45,884 bases of DNA, from contig CAUZJY010000001.1 of NCBI GenBank assembly GCA_963580305.1, positions 1 through 45,884 on the forward strand, read 5' to 3'. Shown here one piece after another: positions 10,014-19,154 of the stretch; position 1 is the stretch's first letter; every line of letters starts with the position of its first letter. The notes beneath the pieces are model-generated. The model was not told the DNA's origin and ran no database searches. It saw nothing but the letters and a program-made list of their open reading frames with translations. A program made the translations under genes and the position numbers. This DNA comes from Gemmatimonadales bacterium UBA6960. GTDB lineage: Bacteria; Gemmatimonadota; Gemmatimonadetes; Longimicrobiales; Gaopeijiaceae.

Positions 10014-10985
10014 TTCTGGATCCGCTCACCCGGTCGCGGCGAGATCGTGTCGGCCGGGCTCCCCCCGCTCGGCGCCGACGAGGTGCTCGTCCGTGCGCTC
10101 TACTCCGGAATCAGCCGGGGAACGGAGTCGCTCGTCTTCAGGGGGGAGGTTCCAGCGTCCCAGCATCACGCGATGCGCGCCCCCTTCCAGGAAGGGGACT
10201 TTCCGGGACCCCTCAAATATGGCTACAGCAGCGTCGGGGAGGTACTGGAGGCTCCCGCACGGCTCGGCGCGCTGGTGGGACGCACGGTCTTCTGCCTCTA
10301 CCCGCACCAGGATCTGTACGCCGTTCCGGCCCGTGCCGTGACCGTGCTCCCGGAGGGGGTTCCACCGGAGCGGGCCGTGCTGGCCGCGAACCTGGAGACC
10401 GCGGTCAATGCCGTCTGGGACGGCGGAGCCTCGGCTGGCGACCGGATCGTGGTGGTCGGGGCGGGGGTGGTGGGGCTGCTCGTGGCCTGGCTCTGCCGGC
10501 AGATCCCGGGGACGGTCGTCACGGTGGTCGATCACGACCCGTCCCGTGCGACGGTCGCCCGCGCGCTCGGGCTGGGGGAGGTGCTCGACCGCGTCCCGCC
10601 GGACGCCGGCGCGGATCTGGTCGTGCACGCGAGCGGGGCGCCCGAGGGGATGGCCGCCGCGCTCGGCGCCGCCGGAGTCGAAGCGACCTTGCTCGAGCTC
10701 TCGTGGTACGGTAGCCGAGCGGTCCCGCTCCCCCTGGGCGAGGACTTCCACTCCGGGCGCATCACGATCCGGAGCAGCCAGGTGGGGCGCATCCCGCCGC
10801 TCTGGGCCCCGCGCTGGACGCACGCACGCCGCATCGCGCTCGCGCTCGAGCTGCTGCGCGACGGGCGGCTGGACGCGCTGATCAGCGGGGAGAGTGAATT
10901 CGAGGCGCTTCCCGAGGTGATGGCCACCCTGGCGCATGACGGTCGTGGGGTGCTGTGCCACCGCATCCGCTACCGGCTGCCCTGA
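9987..10985 (+). CDS. MDR-superfamily (zinc-type alcohol dehydrogenase-like) NAD(P) oxidoreductase
   Basis: LVRALYSGISRGTE N-terminal block and Rossmann motif IVVVGAGVVGLLVAW. Start set at GTG 9987 and uncertain. The upstream part of ORF 9651-10985 looks non-coding. Confidence 0.75.
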   Translation: MSSTGTTRQFWIRSPGRGEIVSAGLPPLGADEVLVRALYSGISRGTESLVFRGEVPASQHHAMRAPFQEGDFPGPLKYGYSSVGEVLEAPARLGALVGRTVFCLYPHQDLYAVPARAVTVLPEGVPPERAVLAANLETAVNAVWDGGASAGDRIVVVGAGVVGLLVAWLCRQIPGTVVTVVDHDPSRATVARALGLGEVLDRVPPDAGADLVVHASGAPEGMAAALGAAGVEATLLELSWYGSRAVPLPLGEDFHSGRITIRSSQVGRIPPLWAPRWTHARRIALALELLRDGRLDALISGESEFEALPEVMATLAHDGRGVLCHRIRYRLP

Positions 10986-11015
10986 TCGAGTCCCGTACCG
11001 GAAGGGAGTGGCACT

Positions 11016-11414
11016 ATGTTCAGCCTAAACGTTCGCGACCACGTCATGATCGCCCACAGCTTCACCGGCGAGATCTTCGGGCCCGCACAGCGCCTGCACG
11101 GCGCAACGTACGTGGTGGACGCGGCGTTCCGGCGGACCGAGCTGGACGCAGACGGGCTGGTGATCGACATCGGACTCGCCGGCGCGCGGCTGCACGAGGT
11201 GCTCGCCGCACTGAACTACCGCAACCTGGACGAGGAGCCCGCCTTCGCCGGCCGCAACACTACCACCGAATTCCTGGCTCGGGTCATCCACCAGCGGCTG
11301 GTCGAGGCGATCCGGGCGGGCGGGCTGGGGGAGGGAGCGCGCGGCCTCGCTTCGGTCAGCGTAACCCTGCACGAATCGCATGTCGCCTGGGCGTCATACG
11401 AGGGACTGATATGA
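11016..11414 (+). CDS. 6-pyruvoyl-tetrahydropterin synthase/QueD-family protein, atypical active site
   Basis: 132 aa. [28 protein letters not shown] matches the PTPS/QueD fold pattern, but the usual C...HGH block reads AQRLHGA. SD GGAAGGGAG upstream. Confidence 0.7.
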   Translation: MFSLNVRDHVMIAHSFTGEIFGPAQRLHGATYVVDAAFRRTELDADGLVIDIGLAGARLHEVLAALNYRNLDEEPAFAGRNTTTEFLARVIHQRLVEAIRAGGLGEGARGLASVSVTLHESHVAWASYEGLI

Positions 11415-11460
11415 CGGTGGGCAAGCGCATGCGTGGCCGGCCCGCTCCCGGCGTGCCACC

Positions 11461-12531
11461 TTGAACGCCGGCGAGCTGCACTTGGTCGTCCCCGGTCCAC
11501 TCGACCAGCGGACGGGTGGCTACCTGTACGATGCGCGCATGGCCGCCGGACTCGCGAAGCTCGGCTGGACGGTCGAGGTCCATTCGCTGGACGGAGCTTT
11601 TCCGGAGGGTGACGAGCGCGCGGAGGCGAGCCTGACCGCGACGCTCGCGGCGATTCCCGACCGTGCCCGCGTGCTGATCGACGGGCTCGGAATGGGCGCC
11701 CTTCCCGGACCCGTGCACGCTCATGCCGGGCGGCTGCGCCTGCTCGGGCTCGTCCATCACCAGCTCGCCGACGAGACCGGGCTCCCGGAGAAGGAGCGCA
11801 CGCGGCTGGGGGCGCTCGAGCGCGAGGCGCTGGCCGCGTGCGCGGGGGTGATCGTAACGAGCACGTTCACCTGCGAGCGGCTAATCGAGTACGGAGTGCC
11901 CCGCGCGCTGCTGCGCGCGGTGCCGCCGGGAACGCAGCCCGTCCGCCCGGCCGCCGGACCGGGGACGGGACAGCCACCGCTGCTGCTGTGCGTCGCGACG
12001 GTGATCCCGCGCAAGGGGCACGACGTGCTGGTGCGCGCCCTCGAGCGGATCCAGGCGATGCCCTGGAGCTGCAGCTGCGCGGGCAGCCTCGACAGCGCGC
12101 CCGAGTATGCGCGCGCTGTGCTCGCGCAGGTGCGGACCGCCGGGCTCGAGGGTCGCATCGACTTCCCGGGCGAGTGCGGCGAGCTGCTGCTCGAAGAGCT
12201 CTATCACGGCACCTCGCTCTTCGTGCTGCCGTCGCACTACGAGGGGTACGGGATGGCGTACGCCGAGGCGCTCGTGCGTGGGCTGCCGGTGGTGGGCACG
12301 ACCGGCGGCGCCGTTCCGCACACGGTCCCCGCCCGGGCGAGCATCCTGGTTCCGCCTGGGGACGACGCCGCGCTCGCGGAGGCACTCGGCCATCTGCTCG
12401 CCGGCTCGGCTGGTGCGGCGCGGCGCGCCCGGCTCGCCTTCGCGGCGCGCCAGCACGCGCTCGAGCTCCCCGGCTGGGATCGCGCGGTGGACGTGTTCGC
12501 GCGCGCCCTGCTCGAGCTCGCCCCGGACTGA
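11461..12531 (+). CDS. Glycosyltransferase family 4 (GT-B, group 1)
   Basis: C-terminal GT1 core LFVLPSHYEGYGMAYAEALVRGLPVVGTTGGAVPHTV and N-terminal Rossmann-like half. TTG start is uncertain. Confidence 0.8.
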   Translation: MNAGELHLVVPGPLDQRTGGYLYDARMAAGLAKLGWTVEVHSLDGAFPEGDERAEASLTATLAAIPDRARVLIDGLGMGALPGPVHAHAGRLRLLGLVHHQLADETGLPEKERTRLGALEREALAACAGVIVTSTFTCERLIEYGVPRALLRAVPPGTQPVRPAAGPGTGQPPLLLCVATVIPRKGHDVLVRALERIQAMPWSCSCAGSLDSAPEYARAVLAQVRTAGLEGRIDFPGECGELLLEELYHGTSLFVLPSHYEGYGMAYAEALVRGLPVVGTTGGAVPHTVPARASILVPPGDDAALAEALGHLLAGSAGAARRARLAFAARQHALELPGWDRAVDVFARALLELAPD

Positions 12532-12537
12532 GGCTGC

Positions 12538-13353
12538 ATGGTCGAGCGCTTCACCGCCGACTGGCTGGCGTTGCGCGAGGCGGTCGATCACCGCTCGCGT
12601 CCCGAGGGGTTGCTCGTCCCGCTGCGCGCCTGGTGGCGGGCGCGTGGGGCGTCGCACGTGGTCGATCTCGGAAGCGGCACGGGCTCGAACCTGCGCTACC
12701 TCGCGCCACGGCTGGATCCGGGGCAGCGCTGGCGGCTGGTGGATCACGACCGCGAGCTGCTGCGCCGGGCGGGTGCCGGGCAGGTGGCGGGAGCCGAGGC
12801 GGTCGAGCTCGTCGCGGGCGACCTCGTGCGCGAGGGGATCCTGGCCGCGCGCGGCGCCGAGCTACTGACCGCGTCGGCGTTGCTCGATCTGGTTTCGGGG
12901 AAGTGGCTGGAGGAGCTGGTCGGCGCATGCGCGTCCGCGCGCGCGGCGGCTCTGCTCGCGCTCAGCTGGGACGGTGCCATCGAGTGGGGCGGGGCGTCCG
13001 ACCCGGACGATGCGCTCGTGGCCGAGGCGGTGCGCGCGCACCAGCGGCTCGACAAGGGACTCGGCCCCGCGCTCGGAGCCACGGCGGCGGCGGCCGCCGA
13101 GCGCGCCTTCGCGGCTGCCGGGTACCACACCGAGCTCGCCCCGAGCCCGTGGGTACTGGGCCTGGAGGGTCCCGGCGAGCGCGCCCTCGGGGTCGAGTTG
13201 ATCGACGGCTGGGCCCGCGCGGCCGCCGAGCAGCGCCCCGAGCACGCCACCCGGCTGCGGGCGTGGGGAGAGCGGCGGATGGCCGCGGTGAGCGGCGGAC
13301 CCTGCGCGCTCATCGTCGGCCACCTCGACCTGCTCGCACTCCCACCCGCATGA
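12538..13353 (+). CDS. Class I SAM-dependent methyltransferase
   Basis: Motif I VVDLGSGTGSNLRYL followed by the acidic loop LVDHD. Starts 6 nt after the GT4 stop. Confidence 0.75.
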   Translation: MVERFTADWLALREAVDHRSRPEGLLVPLRAWWRARGASHVVDLGSGTGSNLRYLAPRLDPGQRWRLVDHDRELLRRAGAGQVAGAEAVELVAGDLVREGILAARGAELLTASALLDLVSGKWLEELVGACASARAAALLALSWDGAIEWGGASDPDDALVAEAVRAHQRLDKGLGPALGATAAAAAERAFAAAGYHTELAPSPWVLGLEGPGERALGVELIDGWARAAAEQRPEHATRLRAWGERRMAAVSGGPCALIVGHLDLLALPPA

Positions 13354-14414
13354 GCCAAGGGGCGGTGCCGCACGGCGCGCGGCACCCCGGGTGGGCGCGC
13401 ATGCTCCCGCGCTTCGCGATCAGCGCCGGGCTGCTCGGCGGGCTCGCCTGGCTGCTCGACGCGGACGCGCTGGTCCGCCGCCTCATCGACCTCGATCCCT
13501 TCTGGGTGGTGGTGGGGCTCGCGATCTCGCTTCCGCAGATGGCGCTGCTCGCGCTGCGCTGGCGGCTCACCGCGGGCCGACTCGGCCTCGACCTCCCCTT
13601 CGGCACCGCGCTGCGCGAGTACTACCTCGCCACGTTCCTGAACCAGCTCCTTCCCGGTGGGGTGATGGGGGACGTGTCGCGCGCGTGGCGGCACGGCCGC
13701 GCGGGTCCCGGTGCACCGCCCCACGGGAGCGCGATCGCGTCGCCCGTTCCGGCTTCGGGGCTTGGGCTCGGCCCGGCCGCGCGCGCGGTCGTCCTCGAGC
13801 GGGCGTCCGGGCAGCTGGTGATGGCGGCGGCCGCGGTGGTCGCCCTCGGGAGCCTGCCGGTGGCCGGAGCGGTGCGCGCGCGCGTGCTGGTGATCGTGCT
13901 GGGCGCGGCAGCGGCCGTGGTGGTCGTGGCGTTCACGCTCGAGCGGGCCCGCGTCGCGTCCCGCCTCGCGAGCGCGGTGTGGCGCGACGTGCACGCGGCG
14001 TTGCTCGCGCGCGACGTCGTGGGCGCGCAGCTCGCCACATCCGTGCTCGTGCTGGGGACCTACGTGGCCACGTACCTTGCGGCCGCGCGCGCGGTCGGGC
14101 TCACCACTCCGTTCGCGGTGCTCCTGCCGCTCGTGCCTCCGGTGCTGCTCAGCATGCTGATCCCGGTGACGGTCGCGGGGTGGGGGATCCGCGAGGCGGC
14201 GGCGGCCGGGCTGTGGAGCCTGGTGGGGCTCACCGCCGAGGACGGGGTCGCGGCCTCCGCCGCGTACGGCCTGCTCGTCCTCGCCACCACCCTTCCCGGG
14301 GCGGCCGTGTTGGTCAGCGCAGCTCGAGGTCGAAGAGCAGATCCTCGCCCAGATGGAAGTGCCGGCAGCGCGGGCGGAGCGCCTGGTCCAGGCTCGCCAC
14401 CGGCGGAAGGGTGA
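13350..14414 (+). CDS. UPF0104 / lysyl-PG-synthase-TM-like flippase-like membrane protein
   Basis: ATG 13350 overlaps the methyltransferase stop (ATGA). Polytopic membrane protein with REYYLATFLNQLLPGGVMGDVSRAW and IPVTVAGWGIREAAA blocks typical of this family. The 3' end overlaps the convergent RibD-like gene by about 100 nt, so the true C-terminus is uncertain. Confidence 0.65.
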   Translation: MSQGAVPHGARHPGWARMLPRFAISAGLLGGLAWLLDADALVRRLIDLDPFWVVVGLAISLPQMALLALRWRLTAGRLGLDLPFGTALREYYLATFLNQLLPGGVMGDVSRAWRHGRAGPGAPPHGSAIASPVPASGLGLGPAARAVVLERASGQLVMAAAAVVALGSLPVAGAVRARVLVIVLGAAAAVVVVAFTLERARVASRLASAVWRDVHAALLARDVVGAQLATSVLVLGTYVATYLAAARAVGLTTPFAVLLPLVPPVLLSMLIPVTVAGWGIREAAAAGLWSLVGLTAEDGVAASAAYGLLVLATTLPGAAVLVSAARGRRADPRPDGSAGSAGGAPGPGSPPAEG

Positions 14415-15111
14415 GCGCCGGACGGCCGGAGCCGATCAGCAGCGGCGCGACGCACACGTGGAGCCGGTCGAGCGCTCCCGCCGCGACGAAGCGCGAGACG
14501 GTGACGCCACCTCCCTCGACCAGGATCCGCCGGAGCCCGTGCCCGCCGAGCGCCTCGCGCAGCGCCGCCGGCTCGAAGCCCTCCGGGCCAACCGGGAGCG
14601 CGAGCACGTCGGGGTCGGCATCGCTCGCCGCGCGACGCACCACCAGCGTGCGACCGCCGTCGCTGAACACGCCTAGGTCGCGCGCGAGCCTCCCGTCCGG
14701 GTCCAGGATCACGCGCACCGGATTCTCCCCCTCGACCTCGCGCACGGTGAGCCGCGGATCGTCGAGCGCGACCGTAGCGGCGCCCACGACTACGGCATCG
14801 ACCAGCGCGCGCAGCCGGTGCAGGTGGACGATGTTGGCCGGACCGGTGACGTAGCGCGAGCGGCCCCCCTCGGTCGCGATGCGCCCATCCAGGCTCTGGC
14901 CGAGCTGGCCGATCGCGAGCTCGGGGGGGAGCGCCACTGGCAGGAACAGATCGAGGAGCTGCCGCGCTTCCGGGGTGGGCTCGGGATGCGCGCGCCACGT
15001 GCCGGACGACTCGGTCTCGATCCACGCCGGGCCGGCCGAGACGCGTCCGGCGCCCCGTCCGCGCGCGGCGCGTACGAGCGTCCACGCGGTCTGCTCGTCC
15101 AACGCGGCCAA
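14314..15111 (-). CDS. RibD C-terminal-domain (pyrimidine reductase/DHFR-like) protein
   Basis: GQSLDGRIATEGGRSRYVTGPANIVHLHRLRALVDAVVVGAATVALDDPRLTV..NPVRVILD..ILVEGGGVT. Start uncertain (TTG 15111, TTG 15102 or CTG 15120), abutting the creatininase stop. Confidence 0.75.
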   Translation of the reverse strand: MAALDEQTAWTLVRAARGRGAGRVSAGPAWIETESSGTWRAHPEPTPEARQLLDLFLPVALPPELAIGQLGQSLDGRIATEGGRSRYVTGPANIVHLHRLRALVDAVVVGAATVALDDPRLTVREVEGENPVRVILDPDGRLARDLGVFSDGGRTLVVRRAASDADPDVLALPVGPEGFEPAALREALGGHGLRRILVEGGGVTVSRFVAAGALDRLHVCVAPLLIGSGRPALTLPPVASLDQALRPRCRHFHLGEDLLFDLELR

Positions 15112-15116
15112 GGCGT

Positions 15117-15926
15117 TCAGGCCAGCCGGTCGAGCGGGAAGGCGCGCGCGTCCGCGATTACCTCGGCAAGCACCCGGCCGTAGTGCGTGACCAGTCGCGC
15201 GCCGAGCGCGGCGTCGGCCGCGCGCGCATCGCCCACCGCACCAGATGGATTCAGGTCCCCCGCGAGCCAGGCGAACGAGGCGGCCCCCTCCGGCCCCAGC
15301 CACGTGAGCGTCCCCTCGAGCTCGGCGCCGAGCGAGCGCCCGTCCGGGCGCTCCTCGTGCACCAGATCCGGGCGCAGGTGCAGCATCATCGCGGTCTCGA
15401 GCAGTCCGCCGTGCAGCCCGTGGCGCCACTCCTTCTCGGCGATGGCGACGTCCTCGGGCCGCGGGAAGCGGAACCAGCTCGCCTTCACGACCAGCATGCC
15501 GTGCGCGTTGCGCAGCCGGAGCCCGGCCTCGTCCAGCGTCTGGCGGTTGCCGCCGTGGCTGTTGGAGAGCACCAGGCGGCGCACGCCGGCGGCCGCCAGC
15601 CCGTCTCCGATCTCTTCGATGAGGGCCCCGAGCAGCTCGGGCTCAAGCGACAGTGTCCCGGCGAAGCGCGCGTGCTCGCGGCTGGATCCGATCGGTTGCG
15701 GAGGGAGCGCCCATGCCGGGAAGTCGGCAGGGAGATGGCGGAACGCCTCGCCCAACAACCCGAGCCCGATGTCCAGGTCCGTGGAGAGCGGCAGGTGCGG
15801 CCCGTGCTGCTCGATCGCGGCGAGTGGTAGGACCACGACCGGATCGTGCTCGGCCAGGCGGTCGGCCTCTACGGTGGTGAGCCCGTGCCACCAGCGGATC
15901 GTGCCGAGATCGCCAGCCTCAGCCAT
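15117..15926 (-). CDS. Creatininase-family amidohydrolase
   Basis: Metal-site blocks LPLAAIEQHGPHLPLSTD, LSNSHGGN, HGGLLETAMML. ATG 15926 overlaps the FkbM stop by 8 nt. Confidence 0.85.
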   Translation of the reverse strand: MAEAGDLGTIRWWHGLTTVEADRLAEHDPVVVLPLAAIEQHGPHLPLSTDLDIGLGLLGEAFRHLPADFPAWALPPQPIGSSREHARFAGTLSLEPELLGALIEEIGDGLAAAGVRRLVLSNSHGGNRQTLDEAGLRLRNAHGMLVVKASWFRFPRPEDVAIAEKEWRHGLHGGLLETAMMLHLRPDLVHEERPDGRSLGAELEGTLTWLGPEGAASFAWLAGDLNPSGAVGDARAADAALGARLVTHYGRVLAEVIADARAFPLDRLA

Positions 15927-16707
15927 CGAGCCTGCCGTCGGATGGGTAGGAAGCGGGAGCGAGCAGCCGCGCGTAAACGTCCCCGGACGGCGCGTCGCCC
16001 GTGCCGCGCTCCAGCCAGCGGACCACTTCGGTCGGGCTGAGCCAGCGCTCGGAGACGAAGCGCCGCTCCTCGCCTCGGACCGCGTTGAGCTCGTAGCGGC
16101 CGAGCGCTTCGAGCCGCCGCACGCACGCGATCGGCACGTCGAGCGCGCCCGCCACGAACTCGAAGGAGAGGCCCGGGAGCGGGCGCGAGAGCCCGGCGAG
16201 CACCTCCGCCTCGAACCCCTCCACGTCGATCTTGCAGAAGCGGGGCATTCCGTAGGTGCCGATCAGCGCGTCGAGGGTCGTAACCGACACCTCGACCGTC
16301 TCCTCCCAGCGCACCTGGCGGAAGCTCGGGTTGGCCTCGGGGAGCGCGGTCGTCCAGCGCTCTGCGAGCGAGGAGACGGTGGGGGTGCGGTGGCTCACCG
16401 CGAGCCGTGCCGTGCCCGGCGCGCTCCCGACCGCTTCCGGGCGGATCGTCACGCCAGGGCGCCCGCCCACGAGGCGCACCAGCCAGCGGCGGATCTCCGG
16501 CTGCGGCTCGAGCGCGACCACCTGCGCGCCGAGCGCGCTGAACGCCGCCGCGCGGTCACCCACATGCGCGCCGACGTCGAAGACGAGGTCACCGGGGCCG
16601 ACCCACGGCCGGTAGAGCCGGCGCAGCCCGCGCTGCCGCCCCGGACGCCAATAGACGGCGAGTGACCGCAGGAGCCCTGCCCACCGTTCAACGCGGGGGG
16701 GTGCCAA
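15919..16707 (-). CDS. FkbM-family methyltransferase
   Basis: VFDVGAHVGD motif I and FCKIDVEGFEAEVLAG block characteristic of FkbM-type methyltransferases. TTG start overlaps the cytochrome b561 3' end by 20 nt. Confidence 0.8.
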   Translation of the reverse strand: MAPPRVERWAGLLRSLAVYWRPGRQRGLRRLYRPWVGPGDLVFDVGAHVGDRAAAFSALGAQVVALEPQPEIRRWLVRLVGGRPGVTIRPEAVGSAPGTARLAVSHRTPTVSSLAERWTTALPEANPSFRQVRWEETVEVSVTTLDALIGTYGMPRFCKIDVEGFEAEVLAGLSRPLPGLSFEFVAGALDVPIACVRRLEALGRYELNAVRGEERRFVSERWLSPTEVVRWLERGTGDAPSGDVYARLLAPASYPSDGRLDG

Positions 16708-17335
16708 CGCTCGTCACAGGCGCGGACGGCCGTTCGGACGACGGCTGCGCCGGGGACAGCGCGCCCCGCCCGATGGGCGGCCACATCCGGCCCAGGATCC
16801 CGTCCTTGACGACCCAATGATGGCGGAGCACCTCGGCGACGTGCACGCCGACTACGCCCACCAGGATGAAGACCGTGAAGCGGTGCACGAAGGAGGAGAT
16901 CACCGCGAGCCGCTCCATCCGCGGAATGAGCGGGGGCACGCCCAACGCGTCCAGGAGCTCGATCGGGAAGCCCAACCCGATCACGTGCACGTAGCCGCTC
17001 ACGGCCGCGACCACCATCAGCACGTACATGAAGGCGTACGTCCATCCCGCGATCCTGCGCTCGAGCGGGGGGACGCTCTCGGGCATGGGCGGCGCTCGAT
17101 GGGTAAGCCGCCACAGCACGCGCGCCAGGATCACCACGATCAGGACCGCACCCAGCCCTTTGTGGAAGATGTAGAGCGTGTCGATCGTGCTTTGCTCCAC
17201 CCCGGGGAGGGCCGCGAAGTCGCCGATCATGGCGGGCACGATCATAGCGATTCCCGCCGGGATCTGCGCCAGGAAGAGCAGTACGACCAGCCAGTGGAAG
17301 AAGCGGAAGCCCGCTCCGTAGCGTTGGACGGTCAC
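16688..17335 (-). CDS. Cytochrome b561 family (CybB-like) membrane di-haem protein
   Basis: RFFHWLVVLL, IFHKGLG and HRFTVFILVGVVGVHVAEVLRHH give four TM helices with conserved His. GTG start overlaps the upstream stop (GTGA). Confidence 0.8.
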   Translation of the reverse strand: MTVQRYGAGFRFFHWLVVLLFLAQIPAGIAMIVPAMIGDFAALPGVEQSTIDTLYIFHKGLGAVLIVVILARVLWRLTHRAPPMPESVPPLERRIAGWTYAFMYVLMVVAAVSGYVHVIGLGFPIELLDALGVPPLIPRMERLAVISSFVHRFTVFILVGVVGVHVAEVLRHHWVVKDGILGRMWPPIGRGALSPAQPSSERPSAPVTSVGTPPR

Positions 17336-19011
17336 GGCGCCTCCTGCGTTGCGCGCTGAAGGTGCGGCCGCGCGTGCGGCACCGCGGCGCCCCCGCTGTA
17401 CGCGTGCACGAACCAGCCACGGAACTCGTCCATGCGGTGCGGCTCCTGGTTCGAATCGGGACGGCTCCCCTCGCGGAAGCCCCAGTCGAGAAACGGCTTC
17501 AGCAGCGCCCGGTCGCGCGCGAAGACGTGGACCGGGACCGCGGCGCTCGTGGCGCCCGTGACCCAGGGGGCCGCCTCGTGGTCACCCATCACGATCAGCA
17601 GGGTGCCTTCGTCCAAGTAGCGCTCTACGTACCCGGTCATCGCCCGAAGCGAGTAGTCGATCGAGCGCGCGTACTGAGCGCGCAGTTGCTCGATGTCGAT
17701 CCACAGCTCCTCGGGCGGGTGCCCCTCCTGCCGAAAGGACTCGAAGCGGGAGCCGTCGCCGATCTCGTCCCAGTCCACCATGGGCAGGATCGGCGTCCAG
17801 GGAGCGTGGCTGCTCACCATCGCGGTCCCCACGAACTGCGGGCGGCCGTCGCCCCCGTGGCGCACGGTCCGGTGCAGGTAGGACCAGGTGAACTGATCGG
17901 GCATCGTGACCCAGTAGAGGGGCGGACCGCCGTAGGTGATGTTCGCGGCCGTGTGCACCTGGTCGTAGCCGAGCCGCACACCGTCCGGCCAGCTCATGGT
18001 GATCGCGGGCATGAGCGCGGCGGTGCGGTAGCCGGCGTGGCGGAAGTCGTCGACCATGGTCTCGCGGTCGCTCGCGAGCATCAGCTCGTAGCGGAGCTGA
18101 TTGGAAAGCCAGAGGCCGCTGATCACGGTCCCGTGTGCGTACCACGACTGCCCGCCCGTGGTCGGAGAGATCAGCGTCCCGGTCGCCAGGTAGAGGCCCG
18201 TCCGGCCGGCGCGTGCGGCGAGCGTGTCGAGACGCGGGCCGATCACCGCCGCGAAATCGGGGTCGTTCAGGACCGCCATCCCGTACGACTCGATGAACGT
18301 GAGGAGGACGTCACGCCCCTCGAGCCCGGAAAGGAGGCCGTGGACTCCGGCGTAGCTACTGGGGCTGGTGAGCTCGTCGGCGAAGCGCCTCTTCTCCTCC
18401 CGTGTCTCGCGCAGCAGCGCGGCCTGCGTACGGACGAGCCGCCCAACCGGGGCCGCCAGCCGGCTCTGGATGAGCGGGGTCGTGCCGGTCATGCCCAGGG
18501 CAGAGAAGGCCACCAGCGCCAGCCCGGCCAGCCGCGGCGCCATCCCCTTGCGAGGCCACGCGAGGGGCGCCCCCCGTGGCCACCCCGGGGGCACGTCGGG
18601 GGGAGCCAGCAGCCGGGCCAGCCCGAAGCTTGCTAGACCAAGGACCAGGAGGAGGAGGAGGAGGGTCGCCAGAGTCGCGACGAGCCCCATGTTTCCGACC
18701 GCCAGGTTGTAGATGGCGCTCACCAGATAGAGGTCGATGAAGAGATTGAGGGGACGGGCCAGGCTCACCTGGAAGACCAGATCCACGACGCCGACCAGCG
18801 TGACCAGCACGACCGCGATCGTTGCGCCCCACGCCAGCCTGACGCCCCAGGGCCGCCTTGGCAGCAGCGCCAGCGTGCCCACCAGGAACGCGGCTTCGAC
18901 CGCCAGCCATCCGCCGGAGATCGAGCCATCCGGCAGGACCGCCGCGGAGAGCCAGATGGGGGTCATCAGCAGGGCATTGACAACCACCCACGCAACTGTC
19001 AGCCTGAGCAT
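17332..19011 (-). CDS. Membrane-anchored alkaline-phosphatase-superfamily (sulfatase/LtaS/phospho-headgroup transferase-like) protein
   Basis: About 5 N-terminal TM helices, then an extracytoplasmic domain with VLLTFIESYG, SPTTGGQSWYAH, MVSSHAPW, LLIVMGDHE blocks. ATG 19011 preferred over the track start 19155, which would remove the divergent intergenic region. Confidence 0.65.
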   Translation of the reverse strand: MLRLTVAWVVVNALLMTPIWLSAAVLPDGSISGGWLAVEAAFLVGTLALLPRRPWGVRLAWGATIAVVLVTLVGVVDLVFQVSLARPLNLFIDLYLVSAIYNLAVGNMGLVATLATLLLLLLVLGLASFGLARLLAPPDVPPGWPRGAPLAWPRKGMAPRLAGLALVAFSALGMTGTTPLIQSRLAAPVGRLVRTQAALLRETREEKRRFADELTSPSSYAGVHGLLSGLEGRDVLLTFIESYGMAVLNDPDFAAVIGPRLDTLAARAGRTGLYLATGTLISPTTGGQSWYAHGTVISGLWLSNQLRYELMLASDRETMVDDFRHAGYRTAALMPAITMSWPDGVRLGYDQVHTAANITYGGPPLYWVTMPDQFTWSYLHRTVRHGGDGRPQFVGTAMVSSHAPWTPILPMVDWDEIGDGSRFESFRQEGHPPEELWIDIEQLRAQYARSIDYSLRAMTGYVERYLDEGTLLIVMGDHEAAPWVTGATSAAVPVHVFARDRALLKPFLDWGFREGSRPDSNQEPHRMDEFRGWFVHAYSGGAAVPHARPHLQRATQEAP

Positions 19012-19154
19012 CTCAGGGCCACCGATTCGCCTAGAATCTTCCCTCGCAAACCACCCGCGAGACCGCTCCAGGACCACTGCGCGTGCGAGCGCACGGAACA
19101 CCGGGCTCGGGCCCTCCGGACGTCTCTCCAGCGCGAACGATACCACCTGACCCA

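Noticed and set aside
11838-14414. Very long ORFs in alternative or antisense frames (for example 11838-14414, 858 aa; 25348-27348; 29241-31391; 40130-42498; 12744-13994)
   Set aside because: They are Arg/Ala/Gly/Pro-rich and low-complexity, overlap genes with clear family motifs, and are the expected stop-codon-poor artefacts of about 70% GC DNA. Only the parts matching real families were kept.
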